Virus record (IMG/VR): IMGVR_UViG_3300023105_000150
Location: 1 to 26,491 of that record
DNA from: a virus
Lineage: Duplodnaviria; Caudoviricetes
Length of the DNA stretch: 26,491 nt
Reading direction: 5' to 3' (one strand)
Below, piece after piece: positions 8,660-16,970 of the stretch (position 1 is its first letter; the number at the start of each line of letters is the position of its first letter). Below the pieces are notes generated by a model. That model had not been told where the DNA came from and made no database searches. It saw only the letters and a program-made list of their open reading frames with translations. A program made the position numbers and the translations under genes.

Positions 8660-9175
8660 TTTTAGTAGCCTCCTCCGTATGCATTATTACCTCCGCTCGA
8701 TCCTGCTGGGGATGAATCTGCTGCTCCAGTTGATGTACCTGAAATTGTACCCTCGTACTCAGCTGTTGCTTGATTTCCGTATGCCGATATAAAATATTGT
8801 TCGACTATTGCTGTTGAATTGTCACCATTTTCAACTTGATAGATAGTATCTGGTGCTTCTTGAGCTAATACTTTTTCAATTAGTGTCAAGCCATAATTAA
8901 TACTTGCTACAGTTTCTGCTTTTTGATTTTGATAATCTGATGTAGCTGGAGCATTAATATAAGCCAGTGCCGCTTCTCTTGAACGTTCATTACCACCGTG
9001 TGTCATGTCCCAAACAAATGCGTCAATTAAAAAGCCCATATCTCTTTCACACTTTCCGGTGTCAAAATCAAAGTTAACTGTAAATGGTGCATTACCATTT
9101 GTACATTGAAACTTAGTCCATTCAACGATTTCTCTTTGAATAAATCTTCTATTTAATTCTAGTAAAGCTCTTGCC
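5820..9175 (-). repeat. Array of six ~150-160-aa helical protein repeats with KCx(R/Q)D...(Y/W)D motif, spanning two ORFs
   Basis: Cys codons at 9049-51, 8042-44, 7562-64, 7109-11, 6629-31 and 5945-47. Spacings within the 2034-aa ORF are 480, 453, 480 and 684 nt. Confidence 0.85.
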
Positions 9176-10632
9176 TGCGGTACTTTTGCACCTCTGTCAA
9201 TTTGTTCTGTTGCATAACGTATAGACTTAAATGGTCTATCCCAGTTTTTACCATAAATTGGTGATGGTAAATCTTGTCCGTGTTCTGCAACATAATACAC
9301 ATCATTTGCATTACCTAAGAATTCCCATTTTGGAATTCCGTCTTTGCTTACTGTAAGAATTTGTCCGTCTTGACCAATTGGTAATCTTGTAGGGGCTGTT
9401 CCACTGTAGTAGACCATGTCGCCTTTAGTATTGAGAACACTAGTCTCAGTACCAATTGCCATAACTGACCAATACTGTCCACTATCTGCTAAATCTGGTC
9501 TAGATCCTTCCGCACCTGAACTTAGTGACGAATAGTCATCACCTTCTGATATGTGTCCTTGAATACATACATATGAGTTGTCACCATAACGTACAACATC
9601 ACCTTCGTAATATTCTCTGTCATCTAACCATTCGCCTTTCCATTCAAAGCCACTGTTCATTCTTTCCCAGTAGTCTGTGTTTGGCGGTTGCTGGTTAGAG
9701 TGTTCAACTGTACATCTATAAGTATATCCACCTAAACGTACAACATCACCCGGCTCATAAACTTCGTTTGTAGAGTCGTCATTCCAGTCGCCTAAGAATC
9801 TAAATCCTGAGCTAAACAAATCCCAGTCAGCAGTGCTGCTTGGCGGCTTAACTGCATTGTTATCTGTTTTAGCAATATATTGATTTCCGCCATAACGTAC
9901 AATGTCGCCTGGCTGATAAAATGCTGTTGGTATCCATCTATCTTCAAACTGAATACCTTCTACAAACTTTTCCCAGTTTGCACTGTCTAGTCCAAATGTT
10001 CCACTTGCTGTATGATATTGTGTTGCAATCCATAGTGTACCACCAAACTTTACAACGTCATTTACTTTATAGCGTGTTCCTGCAACCCATTCTTGCTTCC
10101 AGTCAAAGCCTTGGTTCATTAATGTCCAACTAGATGAATTTGCTTCTAGTCCGTCTGCTGTTGTTGCTGCTGAAGTGTGGTCATCTGTACAAACATAAGT
10201 TGCACCACCATATTTAACAGTATCATTAACACGATAATCGGTACTTACAGTCCAGTCACCTTTAAATTCTAAGCCGTCGGCAAATACTTGCCACTTATCT
10301 AAATCAGCTTCTAGGCCTGTTGTGCTGTCTTCTGCACTAGTATGAACTTCTTGACAAATATAAAGTCTAGGACCATAACGAACAATATCGTTAGGATTGT
10401 ATCTTTCTTGTGGAGCCCAATCACCTTTCCAAGTTTGACCATCACTTATTAGGTTCCATTTTGAAGGTGTAATATCTAAGTCAGTAAAAAAGTCAGCCGC
10501 AGCAGTGTGTCCTATAACACAGATGTATATTCTACCACCATATGCTATTACGTCATCTTTATAATAAACTGTAGAGGTAGCCCAATCGTTTTTCCAAACA
10601 AATCTAATTCTACCTAACTTAAATTCTGCCAT
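8662..10632 (-). CDS. Virion protein, 656 aa: seven CBM5/12-like (chitin-binding type 3) repeats plus the start of the beta-helix cap and one KCERD repeat; N-terminal part of the split paralogue
   Basis: MAEFKL N-terminus shared with the 1833-aa ORF. Seven 'W.....Y...D.V.YGG..Y.C...H.S.....W' units. 'VYYVAEHG.D...PFKSIRYA' matches 'VVYVAENG.D...PFRTVRYA'. Confidence 0.85.
   Translation of the reverse strand: MAEFKLGRIRFVWKNDWATSTVYYKDDVIAYGGRIYICVIGHTAAADFFTDLDITPSKWNLISDGQTWKGDWAPQERYNPNDIVRYGPRLYICQEVHTSAEDSTTGLEADLDKWQVFADGLEFKGDWTVSTDYRVNDTVKYGGATYVCTDDHTSAATTADGLEANSSSWTLMNQGFDWKQEWVAGTRYKVNDVVKFGGTLWIATQYHTASGTFGLDSANWEKFVEGIQFEDRWIPTAFYQPGDIVRYGGNQYIAKTDNNAVKPPSSTADWDLFSSGFRFLGDWNDDSTNEVYEPGDVVRLGGYTYRCTVEHSNQQPPNTDYWERMNSGFEWKGEWLDDREYYEGDVVRYGDNSYVCIQGHISEGDDYSSLSSGAEGSRPDLADSGQYWSVMAIGTETSVLNTKGDMVYYSGTAPTRLPIGQDGQILTVSKDGIPKWEFLGNANDVYYVAEHGQDLPSPIYGKNWDRPFKSIRYATEQIDRGAKVPQARALLELNRRFIQREIVEWTKFQCTNGNAPFTVNFDFDTGKCERDMGFLIDAFVWDMTHGGNERSREAALAYINAPATSDYQNQKAETVASINYGLTLIEKVLAQEAPDTIYQVENGDNSTAIVEQYFISAYGNQATAEYEGTISGTSTGAADSSPAGSSGGNNAYGGGY
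9456..10620 (-). repeat. Seven tandem ~50-aa CBM5/12-like repeats
   Basis: Visible in the translation; conserved Trp, Tyr, GG, Cys and His pattern. Confidence 0.75.
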
Positions 10633-10652
10633 CTTATCGCTCCGTTATAATA

Positions 10653-10660
10653 TATTTATC
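10653..10660 (-). promoter_or_regulatory. Late-promoter-like GATAAATA
   Basis: 7/8 match to TATAAATA, in the 46-nt gap upstream of the 656-aa gene, followed by a GGAG RBS. Same octamer at 21827..21834. Confidence 0.55.
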
Positions 10661-10678
10661 AATATCTCAAATACTGTC

Positions 10679-13600
10679 TTATAATTCATTATTAATGTTT
10701 CTCAAGAACAACATTTGACTTATTATTGTTCCGTCTATACTTACAGGATTACCACCTGCTGATCCTTCAAATGTTACTGGAACATTAATGTTCAAATAAC
10801 TATCGTCTGTCATTTCAATTACGTTTGCGTCAGTACCAACTCTAACTCGACCAGCAACAAATGCGTTTGTCTCTAGGTTTTCACCGCCAACGGACAATCT
10901 ATCTGCTAAGAATGTTGCAATCGCTTTCTGTGTTGGAACAACATTGTTTGAGTCTTCTGACATAGTTGCGTCTGTTGAAAATTCTCTAACGACAGCACCC
11001 GAACCACCAAGTCTAACACCACCAAGTGCAAGTTCACTTAGACCATCTAAGTCAAAGAATTCTGCACTAATAGTAACAATACCAGTTGCCTGTTCAACAG
11101 CAAAAAGCTCACCTGCCCTAAAGTTACCATCTTGGTCAGTACTTACATAGAATACTCGTCCACCGTTTAATTCTTGTACTTCATTTTCCGGAGCACTTGT
11201 AAAATATGCGCCGCCTGCATAAAGTTCAGGATAGTTTGTTTCTAAGAAGTTACCAGTACCAATGTCTAGGAAGTCGTGTCCTGAAATACGACACTGTGAA
11301 TATCTTCTTCTTAGTGTTGCTTGTGTTCCGTGTGCTAAGTTGTTTTCGTTTCTTAGTCTAGGTGTAATACTAAATCTTACAGTTCTAGTATTATTTCCTG
11401 ATCCATCGTCGCCTAAATCAGTTGCAGTAACACCTACATAAAGTTTTAGATCGTCTGGGTCGTCTGTTGTGTCGTCAAGTATTCCGTTGATTCTAATTTG
11501 TACACCAGGACCTGGTATGATTCCAATACCGTCTAATGTTAGCGTATTTGATTCTTCAATAATATCAGCGTAACCATTACCTGTAATAGAAATAGTCGAT
11601 GTAGATGTTCTATAGCCTGCACCTCTATTTACAAAGTCAGGCTGTGCTAATACGTTATTACCAAATCTTTGCTCAAACTCTGCCTCAGTAGTATACTGAG
11701 TGTCAGTAACAGTTATAGTCATGTCATCTTCGTATCCGCTACCTGGATCCCAAATTTTCATTGACTGGAATTTGCCTTGGAAAATATCAGCCCTTAGTAG
11801 TGCCTGTTTTCCTAAGTAAAGTTTATTTCTTCCACTGCTTGACGTATTAGCAAGAACTTGCCATGTAGGTCTTGATTCTAATTCGCCAGTTCCGCCAAGT
11901 GCTCTCCATTTTTTTGCACTAGCAAGTAAACGTCTTTCCCATAGCACTCCGTATTCAGTAGTGTAAATAAAATCAATATCGTCTTCGTTTAGTTGAATTG
12001 CAATTTCATCCATTGTAAATTTTTGTCCAATAGCAGCAAACACACCTTGACTAAATCTTAATTTAGTAAAATTAAATATTTGATATGTAATATCTACATC
12101 GTCTGGGAATATTCTATCAGCTAGATACCAATTTACTGCATCTATACTATATGTAACAAAGCCGTTGCTTGATAGTGCTAAGAATCTGTTATTACCGTAT
12201 TCTAAGCCAACAATATCCCAGTTAGTATTTTGATCAAGTGCTTCTTCAACCCTTGTCCAAGATATACCATCTGAGGAATAAGCAACATCAGTAAAGTTAC
12301 TTGATATTGCAACAAATTTACCGTTACCATATGTTACATGATCCCATTTAACTGTTGACGAATCTCCTGATGCTTGATCTGGAATATCTGTTAGACTCCA
12401 GGTTAATCCATCATCACTATAAGAAACGTTATTTGAACTTTGAGAAATAATTACAAATCTGCCGTTACCATATGCGCCGTCAATCCAATCCTCTGTTGTA
12501 GGAAGTGCTCTAGTAGTCCAGCTTTCACCTGTAAATGTAAATGAACATCTATTGTCGTTTCTAGCAATCGCTACAAATCTGTCATGTCCTGGAACAATGC
12601 GTACCCAATCTCCTGAAAATCCTAAAAGCTCGTTTGTATAGTTAACACCGTCATCACTGTATGATGCTATGTTAGGATTTGCAACAGTCATCCAACGACC
12701 GCGTCTACCTTTTCCTTCAAAGGTATAGTTTACAATACTAGATGAGCTATCATCTGATACTTCAGATACAGTAATTGTAATATCGTTATCAGGAGTTACG
12801 CCGTCAAGTCTATCACCTGTAATTACAAATTGATCACCGACTGCATAACCTCTGCCTGGCAAACTTAGTACTAGTTCATACTCTCTGTTAGCTCGAGTAA
12901 TGTTAAATGTTGCTTCTGCAGGATCGTCATCGTATGTATCGCCTGTTCCTGTTCCAACTGAAACGTTGTTAAAAATATTTCGTGTACCGCCAAATACAAT
13001 ATCGTTATATTCAGTATCTGATTGTAAGTTAGCAACAAATGTTCTATATGTAGGTGGAGTTGTCTCTATTCTAGGTTCAATTCTATATCTAGCAGTTGAG
13101 TCTAGTGATGCTCTAATAGGAGTTCCAGGAACAATATGATCCCATCCAAGTTCTCCGTCGCTTTCTCTTCTAACTGTAACATCTCTAGTTACTGCATCAA
13201 AGTCTACAATATATGCATACTGTCCAGCACCTTGACCTGATGTTATAAGAATTCTCATTCCTTCAATTTCTGATAAAAACTGTGTAGGATCTGTTGCTGA
13301 CAATCTAATTGTTGAGGTAGAATCTGGTGTAATCTGAGCACTACCTTGTCTAGAAAGATATCCTGCTCCGCCTTCTTGACCAGATCCTTGGGTGTTAATT
13401 AGTCTAGCTTCAAACAATGAAGATGATCTGAAGTCTCTAAATTCAACTTCGGCATCGTCACCAGCACCAGTAATTGTTGCATCTGCTTGTGTATATTCTT
13501 CGCCGCAGTTTGTATATTCAAACAAGTAGATATGATCGTTTGCGCCTCCAGCAAATGCTTCGCCTACTTGTGCTTCGTTTTCTCTGTTGTTAACTGTAAC

Positions 13601-16180
13601 AGCTTCAGGTATTTCGTTAGGATCGTTACCGTCTGCAACTGAGCCAAAATCACCATAAGAGTTGTTACCATTAGTAGCACGAATAACTCCTCCATTTTCA
13701 GCCAAATAACCAACTTGGTTGTAGTATGTAAACACAGACACAAGTTCTACTCTAGCGTTATTAGTAATCCATGCTCCGATACCATCACTTAGTACTTGAG
13801 TAAAGTCGTTAGCTGTCATTGACTTGTTGCCGCCATTGTGTAGTGCGCCATCAACTTTCATACCTACACAACGATCGCCGATATTTGTAACACCTTGTAT
13901 GTAAGGAGATCTATTTTTAATCCACGTGCGCTCGTCGTCTGGACCCCAACCTGGATCTAAACTAACACATGCGCCGCCTGTTGGTCTTTGATACAGATCA
14001 AAAACACCTGGAGGGTTTAGGTTTCCTTCTAAACCGTAAATAGTCATTTGGCGTAAACCTGTTGTATCACGCATATAGAATAAGTCTTCTAGTCTACTAC
14101 CATTTACATAAGATACATAACGTCTTGCTGATTGTATAGTTGCATAGTTTCCGTCATAGTTTAAATCTCTAATAAGACCTCTAAGTAAACTTCTTGCATC
14201 ATTTTTTAGTCTGTTTAATTCAAATGTTTCATTAGGATATCTATCAATGATATAGTATGCAATTTGACATGCTAAAAATTCTTTGTTTGCATCAATAATT
14301 CTTGCAGCACTTGAGCGTTGAGTAACTGTGGTTAGGTCATTAGTTCCTGTAACATCAACTACAATGGCGCCATCGTCGACACGGTATTCTACGTAGTTCT
14401 GCCAATCGTCAATTAATTGATTTACTACGTTAATTGCTGTTTGTCCTGAAGGTGGTAAATTAGTAATCTGTGTCAGTGTATTACCGGGTGCTATTTCGTC
14501 CATTATAGACTGATTTAGCAGCATCATTTCTAACCACTGCTTAGTTCTTAGTAAGTAATCTCTAACAAATTCAATATCGCCTTCGTATCGTGGATCAGGA
14601 TCAGATGCTGAAACTACAGTTGCACGTAATTCGTCTCCCATTACAACCGTCTTAGCTGGAACAATAATAGGACCAGCTTCTTGATATGTACCTGTTGCAA
14701 TTTGTACTTTTGCTAATTTTCCATCAAGGTTATCTTCTACATATTCACATGCATATCTAACAGTTCTAAACGGATGAGTAGCGTCTAATCCTCGACCCGG
14801 TTCGTCAATTCCGTTTTCTGCAACATAAACAACATCAGTATCAGTTGATAAATTCCTCCAGAATACTTCATTGTCGGAGTTTATACTTAAAAACTGTGCT
14901 TCCTCACCAATTGGAACTGCTACGTCACCTAGCGTACTACCGTCGCCTTTAGTTAAAAAGTCTTTTAGACCATAAGATAATAGATCGCCCTTTGCTCTTA
15001 GTCCACCTTCAAGACCTGCTTGAATTAATAAATCCCAATAATCGTATCCTGAACCGTTATCTCCAGGATAATTATTTGGTTCTGATTGATGCTCTTCTGT
15101 ACATATCCAAGAAGTACCAAGATAGTTTACAACATCGTTTCGACTGTATAACTGTCCAGGAACCCAACTACTTCTATTGTTTTTACCTGATACTACTAAT
15201 TCCCATAGGTCGCCATCTAGATAATCTTTTGCACTGTCGTCACCTTGAGATATGCCAATATCTTGTTTGGCCATAAGCAAGTTACCGCCACGATGTACTA
15301 TGTCGCCTGGCTTATATTGTGCATTTGGATCCCATTGTCCTGCAAACGCTTGTGTTTTAGCAATAATACTCCAATAAACGGTACTATCATCGTTTGAAGG
15401 ATTTTGGTCTACGCTGTTCTTTTCTGCATACCATAAAAAACCGCCATAGGTTACAATGTCGCCTTGGTTATAAGCTGCTGTGCTATTCCAGTCACCACTA
15501 AATTGATTACCTGGAAATTCTAATACAAATTTTGTATCATCTAATGTAGAAAGACTTATATGAGTTTCTGTACAACGGAATATTGAACCACCATAACGTA
15601 CTAAATCGTTTTGTCTATACTCTGTTGTATCAACAAAATCTCCTCTATATTGTATACCGTCAACAAATATTTCCCAAGCATCTGCATCATCTTCAAGATA
15701 GGTTTGGCTAGTATGAGCTTTAATACATTTATATACAATACCGTTATACTTTAATAATGCACCATAGCCGTAGTTTTGATTTGACTGCCATTCTTCTTGA
15801 TAAGAAATATGTCTAGCAAAAATTTTCCACTTTTCTTCGTTATCTTCAAAAGCAGCTGAGATATGACTTTTTGTACATTCCCAAAGTGTACCACCAAACA
15901 AAACAACATCACCAATATTGTATGCAATATTAGTTGCCCACATTCCATAGAAATATTTGGATGCGGTCATTACAACCCATTTTGGTTCTGGTTGTGGCGG
16001 ATCTGAGTCAGGTAGTATTGCTTCTAAATCTTCTGCAAATACAGCTTTAGAAATATGTGAAATCAAACATACATAACTTCGTCCGTTAATACGAATAATG
16101 TCATCGCGTGTATATTCCTCGCCTGGCTGCCATTCGCCTCGCCAGTTATACTTAAATCTATCTAACTTAAACTCTGCCAT
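10679..16180 (-). CDS. Large virion structural protein, 1833 aa: 7 CBM5/12-like repeats, one degenerate Cys-less helical repeat, pectin-lyase-like beta-helix, BNR propeller, C-terminal domain
   Basis: Long ORF with AAGGA RBS. 'YGNGRFV...YS.DG..W' propeller blades at about 11850-12700. Collinear with the 656+2034-aa pair. Confidence 0.85.
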   Translation of the reverse strand: MAEFKLDRFKYNWRGEWQPGEEYTRDDIIRINGRSYVCLISHISKAVFAEDLEAILPDSDPPQPEPKWVVMTASKYFYGMWATNIAYNIGDVVLFGGTLWECTKSHISAAFEDNEEKWKIFARHISYQEEWQSNQNYGYGALLKYNGIVYKCIKAHTSQTYLEDDADAWEIFVDGIQYRGDFVDTTEYRQNDLVRYGGSIFRCTETHISLSTLDDTKFVLEFPGNQFSGDWNSTAAYNQGDIVTYGGFLWYAEKNSVDQNPSNDDSTVYWSIIAKTQAFAGQWDPNAQYKPGDIVHRGGNLLMAKQDIGISQGDDSAKDYLDGDLWELVVSGKNNRSSWVPGQLYSRNDVVNYLGTSWICTEEHQSEPNNYPGDNGSGYDYWDLLIQAGLEGGLRAKGDLLSYGLKDFLTKGDGSTLGDVAVPIGEEAQFLSINSDNEVFWRNLSTDTDVVYVAENGIDEPGRGLDATHPFRTVRYACEYVEDNLDGKLAKVQIATGTYQEAGPIIVPAKTVVMGDELRATVVSASDPDPRYEGDIEFVRDYLLRTKQWLEMMLLNQSIMDEIAPGNTLTQITNLPPSGQTAINVVNQLIDDWQNYVEYRVDDGAIVVDVTGTNDLTTVTQRSSAARIIDANKEFLACQIAYYIIDRYPNETFELNRLKNDARSLLRGLIRDLNYDGNYATIQSARRYVSYVNGSRLEDLFYMRDTTGLRQMTIYGLEGNLNPPGVFDLYQRPTGGACVSLDPGWGPDDERTWIKNRSPYIQGVTNIGDRCVGMKVDGALHNGGNKSMTANDFTQVLSDGIGAWITNNARVELVSVFTYYNQVGYLAENGGVIRATNGNNSYGDFGSVADGNDPNEIPEAVTVNNRENEAQVGEAFAGGANDHIYLFEYTNCGEEYTQADATITGAGDDAEVEFRDFRSSSLFEARLINTQGSGQEGGAGYLSRQGSAQITPDSTSTIRLSATDPTQFLSEIEGMRILITSGQGAGQYAYIVDFDAVTRDVTVRRESDGELGWDHIVPGTPIRASLDSTARYRIEPRIETTPPTYRTFVANLQSDTEYNDIVFGGTRNIFNNVSVGTGTGDTYDDDPAEATFNITRANREYELVLSLPGRGYAVGDQFVITGDRLDGVTPDNDITITVSEVSDDSSSSIVNYTFEGKGRRGRWMTVANPNIASYSDDGVNYTNELLGFSGDWVRIVPGHDRFVAIARNDNRCSFTFTGESWTTRALPTTEDWIDGAYGNGRFVIISQSSNNVSYSDDGLTWSLTDIPDQASGDSSTVKWDHVTYGNGKFVAISSNFTDVAYSSDGISWTRVEEALDQNTNWDIVGLEYGNNRFLALSSNGFVTYSIDAVNWYLADRIFPDDVDITYQIFNFTKLRFSQGVFAAIGQKFTMDEIAIQLNEDDIDFIYTTEYGVLWERRLLASAKKWRALGGTGELESRPTWQVLANTSSSGRNKLYLGKQALLRADIFQGKFQSMKIWDPGSGYEDDMTITVTDTQYTTEAEFEQRFGNNVLAQPDFVNRGAGYRTSTSTISITGNGYADIIEESNTLTLDGIGIIPGPGVQIRINGILDDTTDDPDDLKLYVGVTATDLGDDGSGNNTRTVRFSITPRLRNENNLAHGTQATLRRRYSQCRISGHDFLDIGTGNFLETNYPELYAGGAYFTSAPENEVQELNGGRVFYVSTDQDGNFRAGELFAVEQATGIVTISAEFFDLDGLSELALGGVRLGGSGAVVREFSTDATMSEDSNNVVPTQKAIATFLADRLSVGGENLETNAFVAGRVRVGTDANVIEMTDDSYLNINVPVTFEGSAGGNPVSIDGTIISQMLFLRNINNEL
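15020..16170 (-). repeat. Seven tandem CBM5/12-like repeats
   Basis: Same motif and copy number as in the 656-aa ORF. Confidence 0.75.
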
Positions 16181-16191
16181 TTACTTTTCCT

Positions 16192-16635
16192 TTAGTATCC
16201 TACACCTTGACTACTACTTTCGCCTGTGACTATTACATCTCCATCATTTCCGTCGCCATATGCTGGACTCGAAATTTTGTCAGGATATTCATACGCTTCT
16301 GAAATTCTTTGTATAAAGAATCCTGTTTCTGGATCAATGTAATATAACAATGATCTATTATCAAACTTGAACTGCGGATAGCGCAAGTTAGGATACAAAA
16401 CATTTTTATTAATGTCAATGCCATCTAAAACATCAATACCTTCTTCAAAGTCTGGATAGTTATCTTCAGCAACACCTAAGTCGTTAATAATAACTACGTT
16501 TTCGTCGCCGCCTCTAAGTTGGTCAACTACTACTAAAAATAGTTCACCGTCATCATTTCTTCTTAGTCCGTAGAAATAGCGTTTAATAAACCCTGATTGT
16601 ACTTCGCTTGGACTTGTACCAATATAGTAACTCAT
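16192..16635 (-). CDS. Hypothetical phage protein, 147 aa, acidic
   Basis: Fills the gap in the operon. Its ATG overlaps the upstream stop (TAATG). No recognisable family. Confidence 0.75.
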   Translation of the reverse strand: MSYYIGTSPSEVQSGFIKRYFYGLRRNDDGELFLVVVDQLRGGDENVVIINDLGVAEDNYPDFEEGIDVLDGIDINKNVLYPNLRYPQFKFDNRSLLYYIDPETGFFIQRISEAYEYPDKISSPAYGDGNDGDVIVTGESSSQGVGY

Positions 16636-16964
16636 TATGTAATCTCCACGTAACTAACAATAACATCAACGGAATCATCCAAACTTGATCTTACAAGCAA
16701 TCTATTGCTTGGTGCAAGAACAAGTTTTTCACCAGTTGATACTGCACGTAGTGATGTACCTGCTGGTAAAATTGAATCTTTTAAATAATAACCTGCTACA
16801 CTTGTATCATCTTCAATGATAACATCAACATAAACGAACTTATCAGTTAGGTTAGTAAAACTAAGACCTAGTACTGTTACACGAGTAGTTGGCAGTGTTT
16901 CGTAAATTAACACTGGCTTTGTTCCGCAGTTTTTAATAACTGTATTTTTTAGTAGTGTAGCCAT
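16635..16964 (-). CDS. Small conserved virion protein, 109 aa, all-beta; possible fibre adaptor/cap
   Basis: Pattern 'IYET......VLGL..TN......VDV........Y.LKD..LP.GTSL....GEKLVL....L.V.S....SVDV.VSYVEIT'. Starts 6 nt after the 1576-aa gene. Confidence 0.75.
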   Translation of the reverse strand: MATLLKNTVIKNCGTKPVLIYETLPTTRVTVLGLSFTNLTDKFVYVDVIIEDDTSVAGYYLKDSILPAGTSLRAVSTGEKLVLAPSNRLLVRSSLDDSVDVIVSYVEIT

Positions 16965-16970
16965 TCTCTC

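Noticed and set aside
8655-8690. Programmed -1 frameshift joining the 656- and 2034-aa ORFs
   Set aside because: The downstream frame is open only 8 codons before its ATG, there is no canonical X_XXY_YYZ slippery site ahead of the stop, and a good GGAGG RBS explains independent initiation.
2950-13960. 20-22-nt exact DNA matches between the 2034- and 1833-aa genes (e.g. atgtctaggaagtcgtgtcctg, tctggaccccaacctggatcta)
   Set aside because: They coincide with invariant protein motifs (GHDFLDI, LDPGWGPD) and are explained by paralogy plus codon bias; they are not CRISPR or mobile-element repeats.
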